A DNA stretch of 61,997 nucleotides, counting the filler, from Platydemus manokwari (lineage: Eukaryota): the NCBI GenBank assembly GCA_037951405.1. It is 6 parts of 6 records of this genome, joined end to end, with 100 filler letters (N's around TTAATTAATTAA, not from the genome) between each part and the next. Parts side by side here need not be neighbours in the genome. Positions count along the whole stretch, not along the records: positions 1 to 10,822 come from JBBMOY011103553.1; positions 10,923 to 20,053 come from JBBMOY011295206.1; 4 more parts are not named here. One strand, written 5' to 3'. Made by a program: the position numbers and the translations under genes. The notes under the pieces are model-generated. The model had not been told where the DNA came from and searched no databases. It saw only the letters and a program-made list of their open reading frames with translations. Positions 1 through 12,397 of this stretch are shown one piece after another (positions within the stretch are counted from its first letter, which is position 1; the number at the start of each line of letters is the position of its first letter).

Positions 1-109
1 ACAATTTACGAGGTGTGCAGCGCAATTATCCACTAGAAGAGCAATTTTGCGATCCAATCTCTTATCCCATTTTAACATTATCCGTGATTCTAATAAGCGG
101 GGTTTACTG
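1..109. mobile_element. Right terminus of a Tc1/pogo-type DNA transposon (terminal inverted repeat followed by TA)
   Basis: Ends ...TAATAAGCGGGGTTTACTG|TA. The reverse complement TA|CAGTAAACCCCGCTTATTAG shares its CAGTAAAC terminus with the pogo-like element at 24949. Confidence 0.55.
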
Positions 110-177
110 TATTTTAATTTTAATACAATATTGATTGTATTTATGTTGTGATTTTGTAATAAAAACTCTGTTCACAA

Positions 178-2996
178 ATGATTTCCTTATTTAAGTCAAA
201 GAAAATGGCCAATATGAAAAAGAATACAGACGGTTTAAAAATTTCAATTAATGAAATGTCGATATTTAAAGATCAAATCAAGAGATCCATGAACGATTTG
301 GAAATGAAAATCAAAAAGCTAAACAATTCACCGGCACTCAGTGAAGAATTGACAATAAATGTAGGTTTAATATTGGATTCTATCATTCAGAGAGTCGCAT
401 TTAAAATTTTAAATTGTTATCTGGTTTATTATTTATTAAAAAAAATAAGCTATTAGGAGGAGATAATTTCAATAATGTTGATTTGTCACTTTAGGATTTT
501 CTATGAATATTTGTTCTAATGTCATATGAGAAGTTCCCACACTAACTTGTCTGCTGTTTGGCCCATTATGCTAAAAGTAGATCTTAGTTTTCCTTTTACT
601 GGCATTAAGCTCTTGTATTCTTCGATAGTTTCGATCACAATATCTCTAAATAACGTTTTTTTAATTTGAAAATATATTTGAAGGAAACTAAACTTCTGGC
701 TTCTTAATTTTTACGCAAATATTTGATTTCAAAATCAATTATAGCAAAGATTGTTTTTAAATCGTTTTATAATTGTCTTAATGGATTTTGGGATAAATTT
801 TCTTTATTGTAGAAAGCGTTGTATTTTTTAATATTTTATGATATTTAAAATTTATTTATATGCCCAATCAAACTTGATCAAATTTCACTGTTGTTTGAAA
901 ATTATGATGCTCACCAAATATTATTTAAAAAGTTAATTAAAAATCAAATTTGAACTAATTCCAAGATTATAACTGAAATATATAACTAAGATTATCATTT
1001 AATAATTATTATTTCCTATTTTTAATATCGAATGTAAGAGTTATTTAGAATATAAAATAATTATCAAACAGAACTTTTAGTCAACAGCAAAAAGGTAAAG
1101 ATCATAAAGGTTGAGAACATATTAGTTAAACTGTTGTGCATAATACTCTGAATTTACCTATAAATTTAAAATATTAATTAAAAAAGATGTGAATGAAATT
1201 GATTTTATTCCTCTAAATCCTAACCTTATTTGGTTAAATTTCTAAAAAAAGGCATTTTAAAAATCTTAAAAGAAAACACATAATATCATTCTTAGGAAAC
1301 AAATATTAATATCATGTCATCTGTTCAACAAAAAATAATTATATTAACTGACTTTACTAAATAACTATTAAAAATGAATTGAAATCTTAATGCAACAAAT
1401 TAACCATCTGGAATTCAATGATTAAGTTACGTTTTATGTCGTTAGTGATAATTGGTCGAAATGGATCTATCTTAATTTTGTAATATATTAATTTTTTCCA
1501 AAAATCACTCATGCAAATTTGACAATATTTGTTACATTGATATTAAAAATTTCAAAAATTAAAAAACTCACTACTAAATTAATAATGATCAAGATAATAT
1601 CTATTGAATGCTTGTGCATATTTTATTATTCTATATGAAATTCGTTTATATATCTAGAATATCCAGATATCAAGCGATTCTTATAAATTTGGATTTGAAA
1701 ACTTGAATGAAGCAGTCAGGCATGCCAATTCTAAAATAGGTTTTATTTTGATTATTAAACTAATTACGTGAAAAATAAATTTGATAAGTCTAATTTAATT
1801 TTTATGTTTGGATTATTTTTACACCGAAATTCTTTATTAAATTTTCATAATATTGCTATATAAATATTGCCGATTTTATATAATTAACCAAATGTAAAAA
1901 AATGGAATTAACAGTAACAATTCATCAAGAATTTAGAGATAAAATAATATTTTTTTGTAAAACACGAAAATTTAGAACTTTAAAATTCAATAGAAAAAAT
2001 GCTTTATAGTCTTTAGGAATAATAATAACGATTTGCTAGCTCTAATAGTATAATTCTTAAATAAATATAAATCTACAAAATTTTCTCAAAATCGTTTCAA
2101 ATTTAAAATAATTTAGGTTGATATAAAATATTTAAGATTTCGAAAAACAATTATATACAAATAAGGATGCTTTCATTCCATTTCTACATGATCTAAGGGT
2201 AAATTCCTGAAAGACTTTTGACTTCTGTTGATTTACCCACCTGTTACAAGGTAAAAACTCTGCGTTATTATATTTTTATCTACTTAATTATTATTTTTTA
2301 CACATGTATATCTGAGAATATAATTATGAAAACAACAAAAATTTTGATGATTTCCAATTATAATTACAATGGAAATTTTTTGTCAGTCCTAAAATAAGTT
2401 TATATTGAAATTGGTCTGATATCTAAGAATGTAATTTTGAAAATAAATTTAAATACTGAATAATAAATTGTTAGTCATTTAAAAATTTCATTCTATTATT
2501 CGCTTTAAGTTTTTATTTTTCATAATAAAGATTGTAAATATTTTTAAAAATTTACTTTTTGCTTCCACCAATGTTCATTTAGCAAAAATGATAAAATTAT
2601 AATGTTGATTAAAAATGATAATATTCCAATAACATGTTTTATAATTTAATTTTACTGGATATTTTTAAAAAGTTAAAAGACCGTAAATATAAAAAAATTA
2701 ATGTTTTTTTAAATTTCTTTATTGTACTAAATTGTATCTTAAAATTTCCTTTTCATTGATCAGTAAACTCAATACTTGACCTCAAAACAACTAATCTCAA
2801 TGATGATTTCACAAATAATCAAATGATGACAACAATAAGAAAGGAATTCGAAAAAGTTCTTTTCCAAAATGAACAACGATTGGATTTTGTAGTTTGCTTA
2901 GTTGAAGAATTGCAAAAACTGAATACAGATCAACAGCGTGCAGATGTTTTAAATAAAATCAGAGAAATCCTTTCACACTCAATCACAAAAGTTTGA
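178..2996 (+). CDS. Tentative 3-exon gene (178-360, 1658-1739, 2764-2996), about 165-aa helical/coiled-coil protein of unknown function
   Basis: Phase-compatible GT-AG junctions: AAT|gtaggt...tctag|AAT ATC CAG (phase 0) and ATA G|gtttta...atcag|TA AAC (phase 1). The spliced frame stays open to ...ILSHSITKV*. No family recognised. Confidence 0.45.
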
Positions 2997-5323
2997 ATTT
3001 TCAATACAATATAAATAATAACTAGTAAATGAATCGGTACTAAATCGAAACAATTTGAGTGATAAAAGCTAAATTTAAAATTGAAAATATTTAGATTATG
3101 TTGATTTTAATTGTAATTCTCAACATTTCGTTCTCTTAGAACCACAAATCTTGTTCGTATTTAAAAGTTGGAAAGTAATCCAAAGTAGGAAGTTCATTAA
3201 TTGTCTAAGTAGACGAAGTTTATTTAAGAGGATCAAAATACCATCGAATGAGTTCAGTACCAGAAGTTGGGTGTTTATTGAATCACACTTTGCATCCGAA
3301 GATTTTCGTTTAAGTGTCTGAAATAGAAAGGATATAAATCGTAAAATAATAATTTAATTAAACAATAATAAAGTATAATTAATTTTTGACTGAATATGGT
3401 TAAGTTCAATATTTTGAGACAACATATAATTTGGCTAAAAGTGAATTGAAATGAATGAGGTGATATACTTAGACTTAAATCAACAAGTTATTCTCGATTA
3501 TTTAAACCTTTAAATAACGAATGTTAGTTATAAACTAATAGTTGATGTTTCTACCAAGTATCCGACTCTTAACAGAGAATTAGGTCTGTGTTACATTAGT
3601 TTATGATAAAAAAGAGAATATGAACAATCTAATACTTGTAATCAATAGATTAAAATATACAATAACAATTTAAAAGAGTAAGCGTTATGTCCTGAAGGCA
3701 TTTTACAATCGGTGGATAGTCTTTGTGACTCATTTCTCCGAATATAAAACCAAAAAGATAGTGAGTTTAATGATTTACAAACTCTTAACGACTTTGTCGG
3801 AATTTAAATTAAAGGTTTCCAACTAATCTCCTTTCGGAGATTGATGAAAATTGATTGATGAAATAAATAAATAAAATAATTATCATGTTTGCAATGTAAA
3901 ATCCGAACAAAGTGATGTCCAACGAATATGAACGAGTGAAAATCTGATTGACGAAGAGTGTATATACCATATGTTCATTGTATAAAACCTGACTGACTCG
4001 AATATGTGAATATGTGTTCACAGAAGAGAAATTTTTTATGTCCTTGTTTTCTGAATGTACCAGTTTATTTATATAGTTTACTTGAGAAGGAATGACTATG
4101 CAAAATTAATCATCGTCATTTCTCCTTAGAGATTTTCAGTGTTGTCATGGTAGTTCCGGGTTTTATTTAAATTTCTAAGCCTTCAATTATGGTTCTCTGT
4201 GCAACGTGAATTATTCATGCAATTTTGAATTATTTCTTTTGTGTAATTTAATTAATTATTTATATATATTTATTATTTGTAAAATTATTATTATGTATTT
4301 GTCATAATTGCTATTACATATTATACTATGAATATGTATGATATCCAATAAAAGTTAAAATTTCTAATTACACGGATGATTGAAAATTTTAAGTTTTGAT
4401 TTGAAAAATTGAATTCATTTTTTAATTATTAGGAAAAACCCTCAATTATAATGATCAAGATGTATCAACATGAGTAGATTGTATATAATAATGATAATAA
4501 TAATAATTTGTTTTCAGATCACTCACACATCTGGTGATGCTGCAAGAATTCATAATAATCTTGATGATTTAAATTGTGGATTATTTGAAAATATGAAATC
4601 GGGCGAAGTAAGGTTGTGTGGTAAAATAATGTGCTTTAATGTTACGTTTTAGGATTTCTTTATTAATTTTAATTTGGTGAGAAATTTCTTAAAATCTATT
4701 GGGAAAAATATAATTTTTAATAACAGTATTTATTATTACTTCATATTAGAACAAAAATTTGACACATGTCGAGAATAACAAAAGTAATTGGCACCAGAAA
4801 TAATCCATAATTGAGAGCTGCCTATTTAATAAATCATTCATTGTAAATCTAAAACCATAATAAATGTAAATCCAATATGATAAATTTGAATTCTTTATAT
4901 TTCGTTCATGGTGATAAAAACACTTCAAGAATGTTTTATGCCTATTACTTCACAGTTTGATGAAAATTATTGAAAACGACACAATAAAATAATTGAATTT
5001 ACTAATATTTCAAGATCTTTCTTAGAAAATCGTTTTTAGTAAGGCAAAATCTAATTAAAATCAAACCGTAAAATTTAAGTGTGAATATTCTAATATTCTT
5101 TAATTAAGTTTTCAATCAACGAAGAGGATAATCAAAAATTTGAACATTCAATTCAAAATTTAAGCGAAATTGAAGACAGAAACTTATATTTAGCCATGGA
5201 TAAAAACGATATAAAAGTTGCACATCAAAATAAATATGATAAGATGAAATGTGTTTTTAGAAATCTAAACAAAAAATCCAATTAAAATTAAAAGTACAAA
5301 AGATCATCGAAACCATTAATAAT

Positions 5324-5752
5324 ATGTTGCATCCTTTTGAGAAAGAACAATTGACAAACTCTCTCAAAGAAAATATTTATGAGAAGATCTTTAAAGAATT
5401 CGAAATATTGGTCAATGAAGAATTATCAATTTATAAATGCCTCGACTCTAGAATGTTATTCAACAGAATAAATAATAATTTATACAGTGATTTTTTTAAA
5501 AATTATATATCTCAGGGCCTTCGAAATTGTTTGTCGACTTATGATGGTGAATCGTTAGTCATGAGCGATATTATAAACAATAAAATTTCAATATTATTTA
5601 GATTAGCAAATTGTTTACCGTCAATGTTTAGCAGCTTGTCGGAATTTCTGATGAAACATTTGAAAGCAGTAATATCGATAACAGATAAATTGCCAAATGA
5701 CAATAAAAAAGAAGATTTACGAGATATTGAAAAGAACGAAACAAAGGGTTAA
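5324..5752 (+). CDS. 142-aa ORF, possibly the terminal exon or remnant of an unknown gene
   Basis: Long open frame for such AT-rich DNA, with globular-like composition. A candidate upstream exon lies at about 4519-4606 (ttttcag...GAA|gtaagg). No motif recognised. Confidence 0.3.
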   Translation: MLHPFEKEQLTNSLKENIYEKIFKEFEILVNEELSIYKCLDSRMLFNRINNNLYSDFFKNYISQGLRNCLSTYDGESLVMSDIINNKISILFRLANCLPSMFSSLSEFLMKHLKAVISITDKLPNDNKKEDLRDIEKNETKG

Positions 5753-6594
5753 ATTTTTATAAATACCTAAAATGTAAGTATTATTACAGATATTTATGCA
5801 TTGTAGATTGTGTTTTTATTGCCGCTGATAGTATAAAAATGAATGATTCGATATCCAGCAACTCGGGTGATTTTTTGGATAGTTATTTTTAGATAATATT
5901 TTAGCAAATAAATAGCATTAACATAAAAACGATCATAATTATATGGAAAGTAATATGTAAACTAAAAATGTAATAAATAATAATAAATAACACAATTATT
6001 AATACAAATAAAATTAAAAATAAAGATATGAAATAAATGATTGATTAAATCATTCTGTAAATCATTCTGAGCAGAATCAAGGGATGTCTTCAGCATTAAT
6101 TTAAAGTCCACAAACTTTCATAACGCAGTTTTCAAAACCAAAGAAAAACAATCCACCTATTCGATTGAAAGTGTTTCCTTAAACCAATTAGATGCAGAGG
6201 AAAAGGATTGGATTTGTCAAGCAGAAAAGAAAGAAAGAAATTTAAGCAATGATATTTGAAAGGTATTTAAATAGAATAATTAACTAATTAAAAACAGTTT
6301 TCAAAATAAATTCATTCAGGAATTAACAGAAAAAATCTGAAAAAAGCGATCATAATGAAATTAAATATAAAAAATTATGGACCATAGCATCAGAACTTGA
6401 TTTAAATTATTGCGATTATGCTTTTAAATTGTAACTAGTTAAGATATTTCATAATCAAATATAATTAAATTGAGTTGATCTTTATTAAAACAAAGTAATG
6501 ACTCTAAAAAGTTAATATAAATTTTATGGAACATTGTAAATATTAAAAATATAAAATAGAAAGATATTAAAGCTTCAAAATCGATAAAATAAAT

Positions 6595-6660
6595 TGCAGC
6601 ACGTGGGTATTTGATCCCAGCACCTATCGCATGCGAAGTGATATAATTGATTATACTATA
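6595..6660 (-). pseudogene. Degenerate, 5'-truncated tRNA-Ala(CGC)-like sequence
   Basis: Minus strand reads TAGTATAATCAATTAT-ATCAC-TTCGCAT-GCGAT-AGGT-GCTGGG-ATCAAATA-CCCAC-GTGCTGC-A. This gives an anticodon stem/loop with CGC, an Ala-type ATC T-loop, U70 and A73. The 5' acceptor strand is absent. Confidence 0.5.
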
Positions 6661-9600
6661 TAATACATTTTAATATTTGGAAGTTCGATTAATCAGGAGA
6701 TCACGAGGCAACATCCTTGACAGGAATCGGATTGGTCCAATCAAGAGGTTTGAACGCGGAATCAAGAAAGGAACTAATCTCAGACTATCCGAAAGAAAGA
6801 TAAAAAAAAATCACAAGAAAGGGTTGACTAATCGACCGAATTCTTCGAAGTTGAACCTTGAAATCCTCGAATGAAACCGTTGTTGAATGAAATAAGTTCA
6901 CCAGCTTTAAATCACTACCGAGAGTTCGAAAGTGGTGACAATCTGTTCAATGTTCAACCCCTGTCTTGCCATGGGCTCGGAGTTGATAAATTTAAATTCT
7001 TCATGAATTCTGGTAACTATAATCTGTTCTGCTTTAGGCTCGAGTATAGTTTTTCCCACAAATCGTCCTTGAATGCATTGAGGCCGACCGGTCTGTAGAC
7101 ATCAGCTGTGGTAATTCAGTCTGAAAGTCACGATCTAACTAAATATCATTGATTGCATTCTTTGTTTAAGTCTCTTGATTGAGGTCAAAGTGGGACATTG
7201 ATCATCCCAAAAGACCACAGCATGGATTGCCAGATCTTGCTCATCGTCATCTGTTCTGGCAGAGGACTCAAAGAACGATGAGAGTGGTATATCATCTCCT
7301 GTTTTGCATTAAAGCCGGAGATGATACTGTTTTCGGTCACTGGAATTTACATAGGTGGCTGGTGAGTTTGACTACTGCCTTCTGTTTTGCCGACTCTCGA
7401 AGACGAAGTATGGAATTTCCTCTGATTTGTAGGTGGTCTTACCCATTCTTCATGTTAAGAAGCACTCTCGTTTGGTGGTGATGCCAGATTCGAGCAGACT
7501 GTCGAATATTTGAGGCAAAGAGAAACTTGAGTGACTTGGTGATGTTTTCCCCGATATCCCAAGCACTTTGAGTACATTGAAAGGTTTCTGTGAAACTAAG
7601 CCCAAAGATCCCACTACATTTATATGAATAGTAACAGCACAATGGAGATTTTACTGTTTCATCATACCTATCAGCGGAGCATAATGGGCAAAGTTCCTCT
7701 CATTGCTCTTAACCATGCGGGCATTTTTTTGTCTACCAGGAATAATCGTCGATCCATCCTGTCCTTTATGGATAAATCAACTCAAAGTTTCGATACAGTG
7801 TCACACCCTTTAAGATATGACACTGTTTCATTTACATTTACCATAACATCTGGTAAATTAAGAAACTGATGAACCAGTCTCAGACAGTCATCATGTATTT
7901 GAACGACAAGAGTCAAGCATGGCACACATGACTGTAACACATGTCCCAGCATCTTTACATCAACATAACATCAACGACATCTACGTCTCAGTGGATCTTT
8001 TTTGCAGACGGTAGCGTTCAAAGGCAACCGGTTAAACCTAGCACGGTGTATAAATCGCCAAGCAAAACCTGTAATTTGACCATTTCTCACAATTTTTTAA
8101 AATTTTACATTCTTGCATATGACTATTCCAAAAAAATTAGATTTATTATTTTGAAGCCATGTAAGTAAATATGATTCCGCAAGTGCTTGGTGAAGAATTG
8201 GAATTCTTGCAAATGGACTGGTTCAACAGTACCTTTTAATCATCTCAATACATTGCGTAACGAATTAATTAGACCATGAAAACTGATTCATGAAGCTTGG
8301 ATGAGTCTCATCCTGATTATATGCTAAAGCTTAAGATCATCGATATTGATCAGTTTAAAAACCAGAATAATCTGTTGTACTGACCAGGACCTAAATGCGT
8401 TCTGTTTGAATAGAGATAGCATGTCTCGGAATTAGTCGGAGGACATAAAATCTTCCTCATCACTCCTCTGAAACAAGAAGTCAATCTGTCTCATATAACA
8501 AACTTCTTGAATCCCTTGGGTTCTCTTAAAGAACACACTGATTTCTCTAATTCGAAAACCAAAGACCAGAGTTGGGAATAGAATGCTTTTAATCGCATGT
8601 ATCTTATAATCACCAAGCAAGTCAAAACCTGCAACACAATGCATATTTCTCAGAAATTTCTTGAGTGTCTATTTTTACCCAATGGGGACTCCTAGATATT
8701 GATAAAACTCTCAAGGACATAGTTACGAATTTACTGTAGGTTTATATTTATCTCCTTCGAACTGTCATTCATAATAGGAAGAGAAATATATGCACGTTAT
8801 CGTTGCTGGAACACAAAATTGCATTTAATTGCTAAGTTTGAAACAATGTCCAATAAAAACTGCAAATCATCAACCGATCTGGACACTAAAAGAATATCAT
8901 ATGCATATGCAACTACTGGAACATTTTTACAAAATTTTATAAGATACTACATTAGCCGAGTCAATTTCAACCAACAGTGAGTTCATGAAAATTGCTAAAA
9001 GAAGCATGGAAAAGGGGCATCCGTGCTTTAGTATCAATGAACTTGTAATAAGTAGAGACGTTTGTTTAGATATCTTTGATGATCGCTATGATATCATCGG
9101 TGATACAGTACTCCTCTATAATTTTGAAAATCAATTGGTGAGCCACGCTTAAGAAAGCGATTCGAATATCGATAAAGGCCATCGCAACTGGTTGTAGCGT
9201 ACGATTGTATTCCTTAAGGATTTCGGTCAAGAGTGCATTGTGTTCAATACAACCTTCAAATTCCATCCCCATTTTGCCCGGGGCTCAATATATTACTCTT
9301 TCTAACAACCGGTCAGGAAAATGCCCATTAACAATTTATAGCTTGAATTTGAAAGAGCTATAGGTCTCCATTTGGAAATCTATTTATAATCAGATTTATC
9401 TGACTTTGGAATCAAGAACCTTCTAAATTATCTCCACCAATCAGGAAATGTGTTGTATCCTATGATCTTGTTAAGAGTACCAGCCAATAATTCCAATTTA
9501 GGATCCACCTTTTCAAGGGAGATTAATTCACAAAATCAGGCAAAGGACTACAGATACCTAGAGTCTTGAATTTAGTCACAACTTAATCTGATTAGATCGA

Positions 9601-9760
9601 GCTCAAGTGTAACATCACTCTTGACAGGTATTCGAAATTTTCAGAAAGAACATATCAAATGAATCGTCGGTATAAGCTGAGCAAATCCTTTCCATGCTAG
9701 TTCCACAAACTCTCTTCATAACAATCTTCTCAACCGTACGTTTTGGCATGGTGTTCAACA
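6661..9760 (-). mobile_element. Decayed, 5'-truncated non-LTR retrotransposon of the R2/NeSL group (RT + CCHC + RLE), copy 1
   Basis: Minus-strand motifs in the expected order: WRPIA (~9365), FEGCIEHNALL and AFIDIRIAFLSVAH (9066-9272), KHGCPFSMLL (~9010), VAYAYDILL (mutated YADD, ~8900), YQYLGVP (~8695), CR*C...HVLQSC (~7950), HDDCLRLVH, ASNIRQSARIWHHH (~7490). Many stops and frameshifts. Confidence 0.9.
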
Positions 9761-9782
9761 TTATATATATGTAAAATTTATT

Positions 9783-10822
9783 ATAATACATAAAAGTTTT
9801 AATCGTAGTGGAAGTTCGACCAGTCATGAGAATGTGGGTTGCCTGACCCAAGGCAGTGCACTTACTTAGAATGAGCTTGTCCAATGGATGGTTATGAGCT
9901 CAATTGCTAGGAGGGAACTGATCCCCAACTAATCGAACAGAAGGATAAAAAAAAGGGTGAAGACTAGACTGGTCGACCGGCTACTCAGAAGTTGGATTGA
10001 GTTACATACTGGGTTCGATATGCCTGAATTCATCACTGGTTCAAGTTCTATATTCCAATATTCTGTCTAGACTTGAGAGCTCTTGAATTTCCAAATTCTG
10101 ATGGTCGGCTGTCCGGATTCTAGCTAGGCATTAAATCCTATTTTAACGTTCTCACCTATGAATTTAAAATCATACGGAGAACATATGTATTATTAAAATA
10201 CAACCTGATATTTGTTGTGCATTTATAAACACATGGCTTTATGGGTGTTAAACCAAAACCATAATGAAATTGGGTTTTACCTCTAATTGGTAGATTTGAC
10301 TCTTCTTTCATATTGATTAGCACCCCCGTTTGATGGTGATGCCGGATCCGAGCGGACTGCCTAATGTTCGAAGCAGACATGAGTTTGATAAGAATCTTCA
10401 TATTTGTATCCGTTAGACCAAGCACTTTTAGGACATTCAATATCTTTTGTGGGACTGATCCTAGTGAACCAACAACTATGGTGTGTACAGTGACATTATA
10501 GTTAGGTTTATTTTTTTTACCAGATCGCACAGTGGGGCATAATGGGTCAGATTCCTTTCATCTGCTTGCACTATTTGTTTTTCCGTATCCAGTGGACATT
10601 TAATGTCTACAAGAAAGATTCGTTTATCTGAGCAGTTCTCAATATAGAGATCCACTCTGAGTTTCGCAACAGTGTCATGTCCTTCAAGATATGGCACTGT
10701 TTCATTTACATTTACCATAAGATCAGGAGAGTTTATAAACTCGTGGACTAGCCTCAAACACTCATCATGCCGTTGTGTAATCAGGGTCATACCTGGAATA
10801 CATGATTGCAGTACATGGCTTA
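9783..10822 (-). mobile_element. 3' part of a related RLE non-LTR retrotransposon, copy 2, cut by the contig end
   Basis: SHVLQSC...QRHDECL...KLRVDLYI...LVDIKCPLD...HYAPL...IVVGSLG...ARIRHHH (ORFs 10476-10790 and 10156-10530, offset at a homopolymer near 10511-10518). Its 3' region 9783-10005 is homologous to 6661-6860. Confidence 0.9.
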
Positions 10823-10922
10823 NNNNNNNNNNNNNNNNNNNNNNNNNNNNNNNNNNNNNNNNNNNNTTAATTAATTAANNNNNNNNNNNNNNNNNNNNNN
10901 NNNNNNNNNNNNNNNNNNNNNN
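10823..10922. other. Artificial assembly spacer N44-TTAATTAATTAA-N44 (also 20054-20153, 30764-30863, 43559-43658, 52939-53038)
   Basis: Identical 100-bp construct occurs five times; the 12-mer places stop codons in all six frames. Confidence 0.97.
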
Positions 10923-12397
10923 AATTGTACAAGATTTTCTTTAATAAACACTCAATTGTTCTAAAAAAATTCCGGTTTTTAAGTTATAGACCCAATAATG
11001 AAGATTTAAATTATTAATTTAAATCGATATTTCCGTTATTTTTATTTTCAATAACCTGTCAAATTCAGCTGTTTTTTGTGGATTTCAATTATAAATGTTT
11101 AATTAAATTAATTACTCCCTAAATTTTTAAATTCATCTATTTATTAATAAAATTTCAAATAACGAAAATCTAAATTTTACATTTCTGTATTCATTTAAAA
11201 ATCAAAAAAAATATTTCTTTTGCTACAATCTTTCCTTTTTTCCAATATTTATTTCTCTCATTTTCTCAAAAACAATTGCATTATGCTTTTATAAAACAAT
11301 TTGGAACCTTTTTCTTATTTTGACATACGAAGCGACAATTACTCTACATAATTGCAATTATAATTCAATTTGCAACATGCTACCAATTTGTCTATATTGT
11401 ATATTACTTGAACTTGAATTGTATTTAATTTTTGTTGAGTCATATATAATCATATATAAAATTATTACAATTGTAATAAAGTAAATATAATATCGATGAT
11501 TTTAACAATTGAAAATATCATTCACTATCAAATAATATTGAACTTTACACTTCAATCTATACTCCACGTATCTAGTGATGATATTTTAATTTTTATATAA
11601 ATTATCAACAAAGGATCAACAAATGTTTTCGTTAAATTAGTGAATAACGAACAATTTAATGGTCTCGAAATGCAACGCTGCTGTAAATATATTATATTAT
11701 TGTCAAATTTTTACATTAATGAATTCTGTCGGTTAGTATTAACATTCAAAACATCACTTTCTATAATGATTATGTTAAATTATTTTGGTTTACATATATA
11801 TTATTAAAAATTTAAAATGTTACGTAGAATTTAATTCTTAATAAAGCTGTGAAATATGTGATTTGGCTGATTAATTATAAATAATAGTAATAATAATAAT
11901 CCAATTACCTCCATTTCACATTTACAAAATTCAGTTAAGCAATCTTCTGTCATTTACTGAAAATTGGAAGACTGGTCACAATTTGTTAATAAAATAATTC
12001 TGATTACTTCTATTTTCTAAAATTTAATTGATTTTATATTGATTACTTCTATATAGTAAATAAAAATGTATTTAATAATGAAAAAAAAATTTGATTACTG
12101 AAATAGTTTGCCAATTAAATTAAGGTGGTGGCTTTCTGGAAGACTTGAAATTATATTTGAAATTTTTATCTTCTGAATATTTACTTATATTATATAATTA
12201 ATAAACTTCTTATAAATACTTCATAAAATTAATTCTGTTTACGATATTTGTTTAAAACAGCTTTGATCATGAACCAAGATAAATGAATTTATTTAAATAT
12301 AAATAATTATTTTTTGTAACACATTATTATTTAGTATATTATAAGTTTTAATTTTTTATTAGTGATTATATTTAGTTATTTTAGTCATTTTCTAACG

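Noticed and set aside
10867-10878. Recurrent palindrome TTAATTAATTAA
   Set aside because: Always embedded in N runs; it is an artificial linker, not biology.
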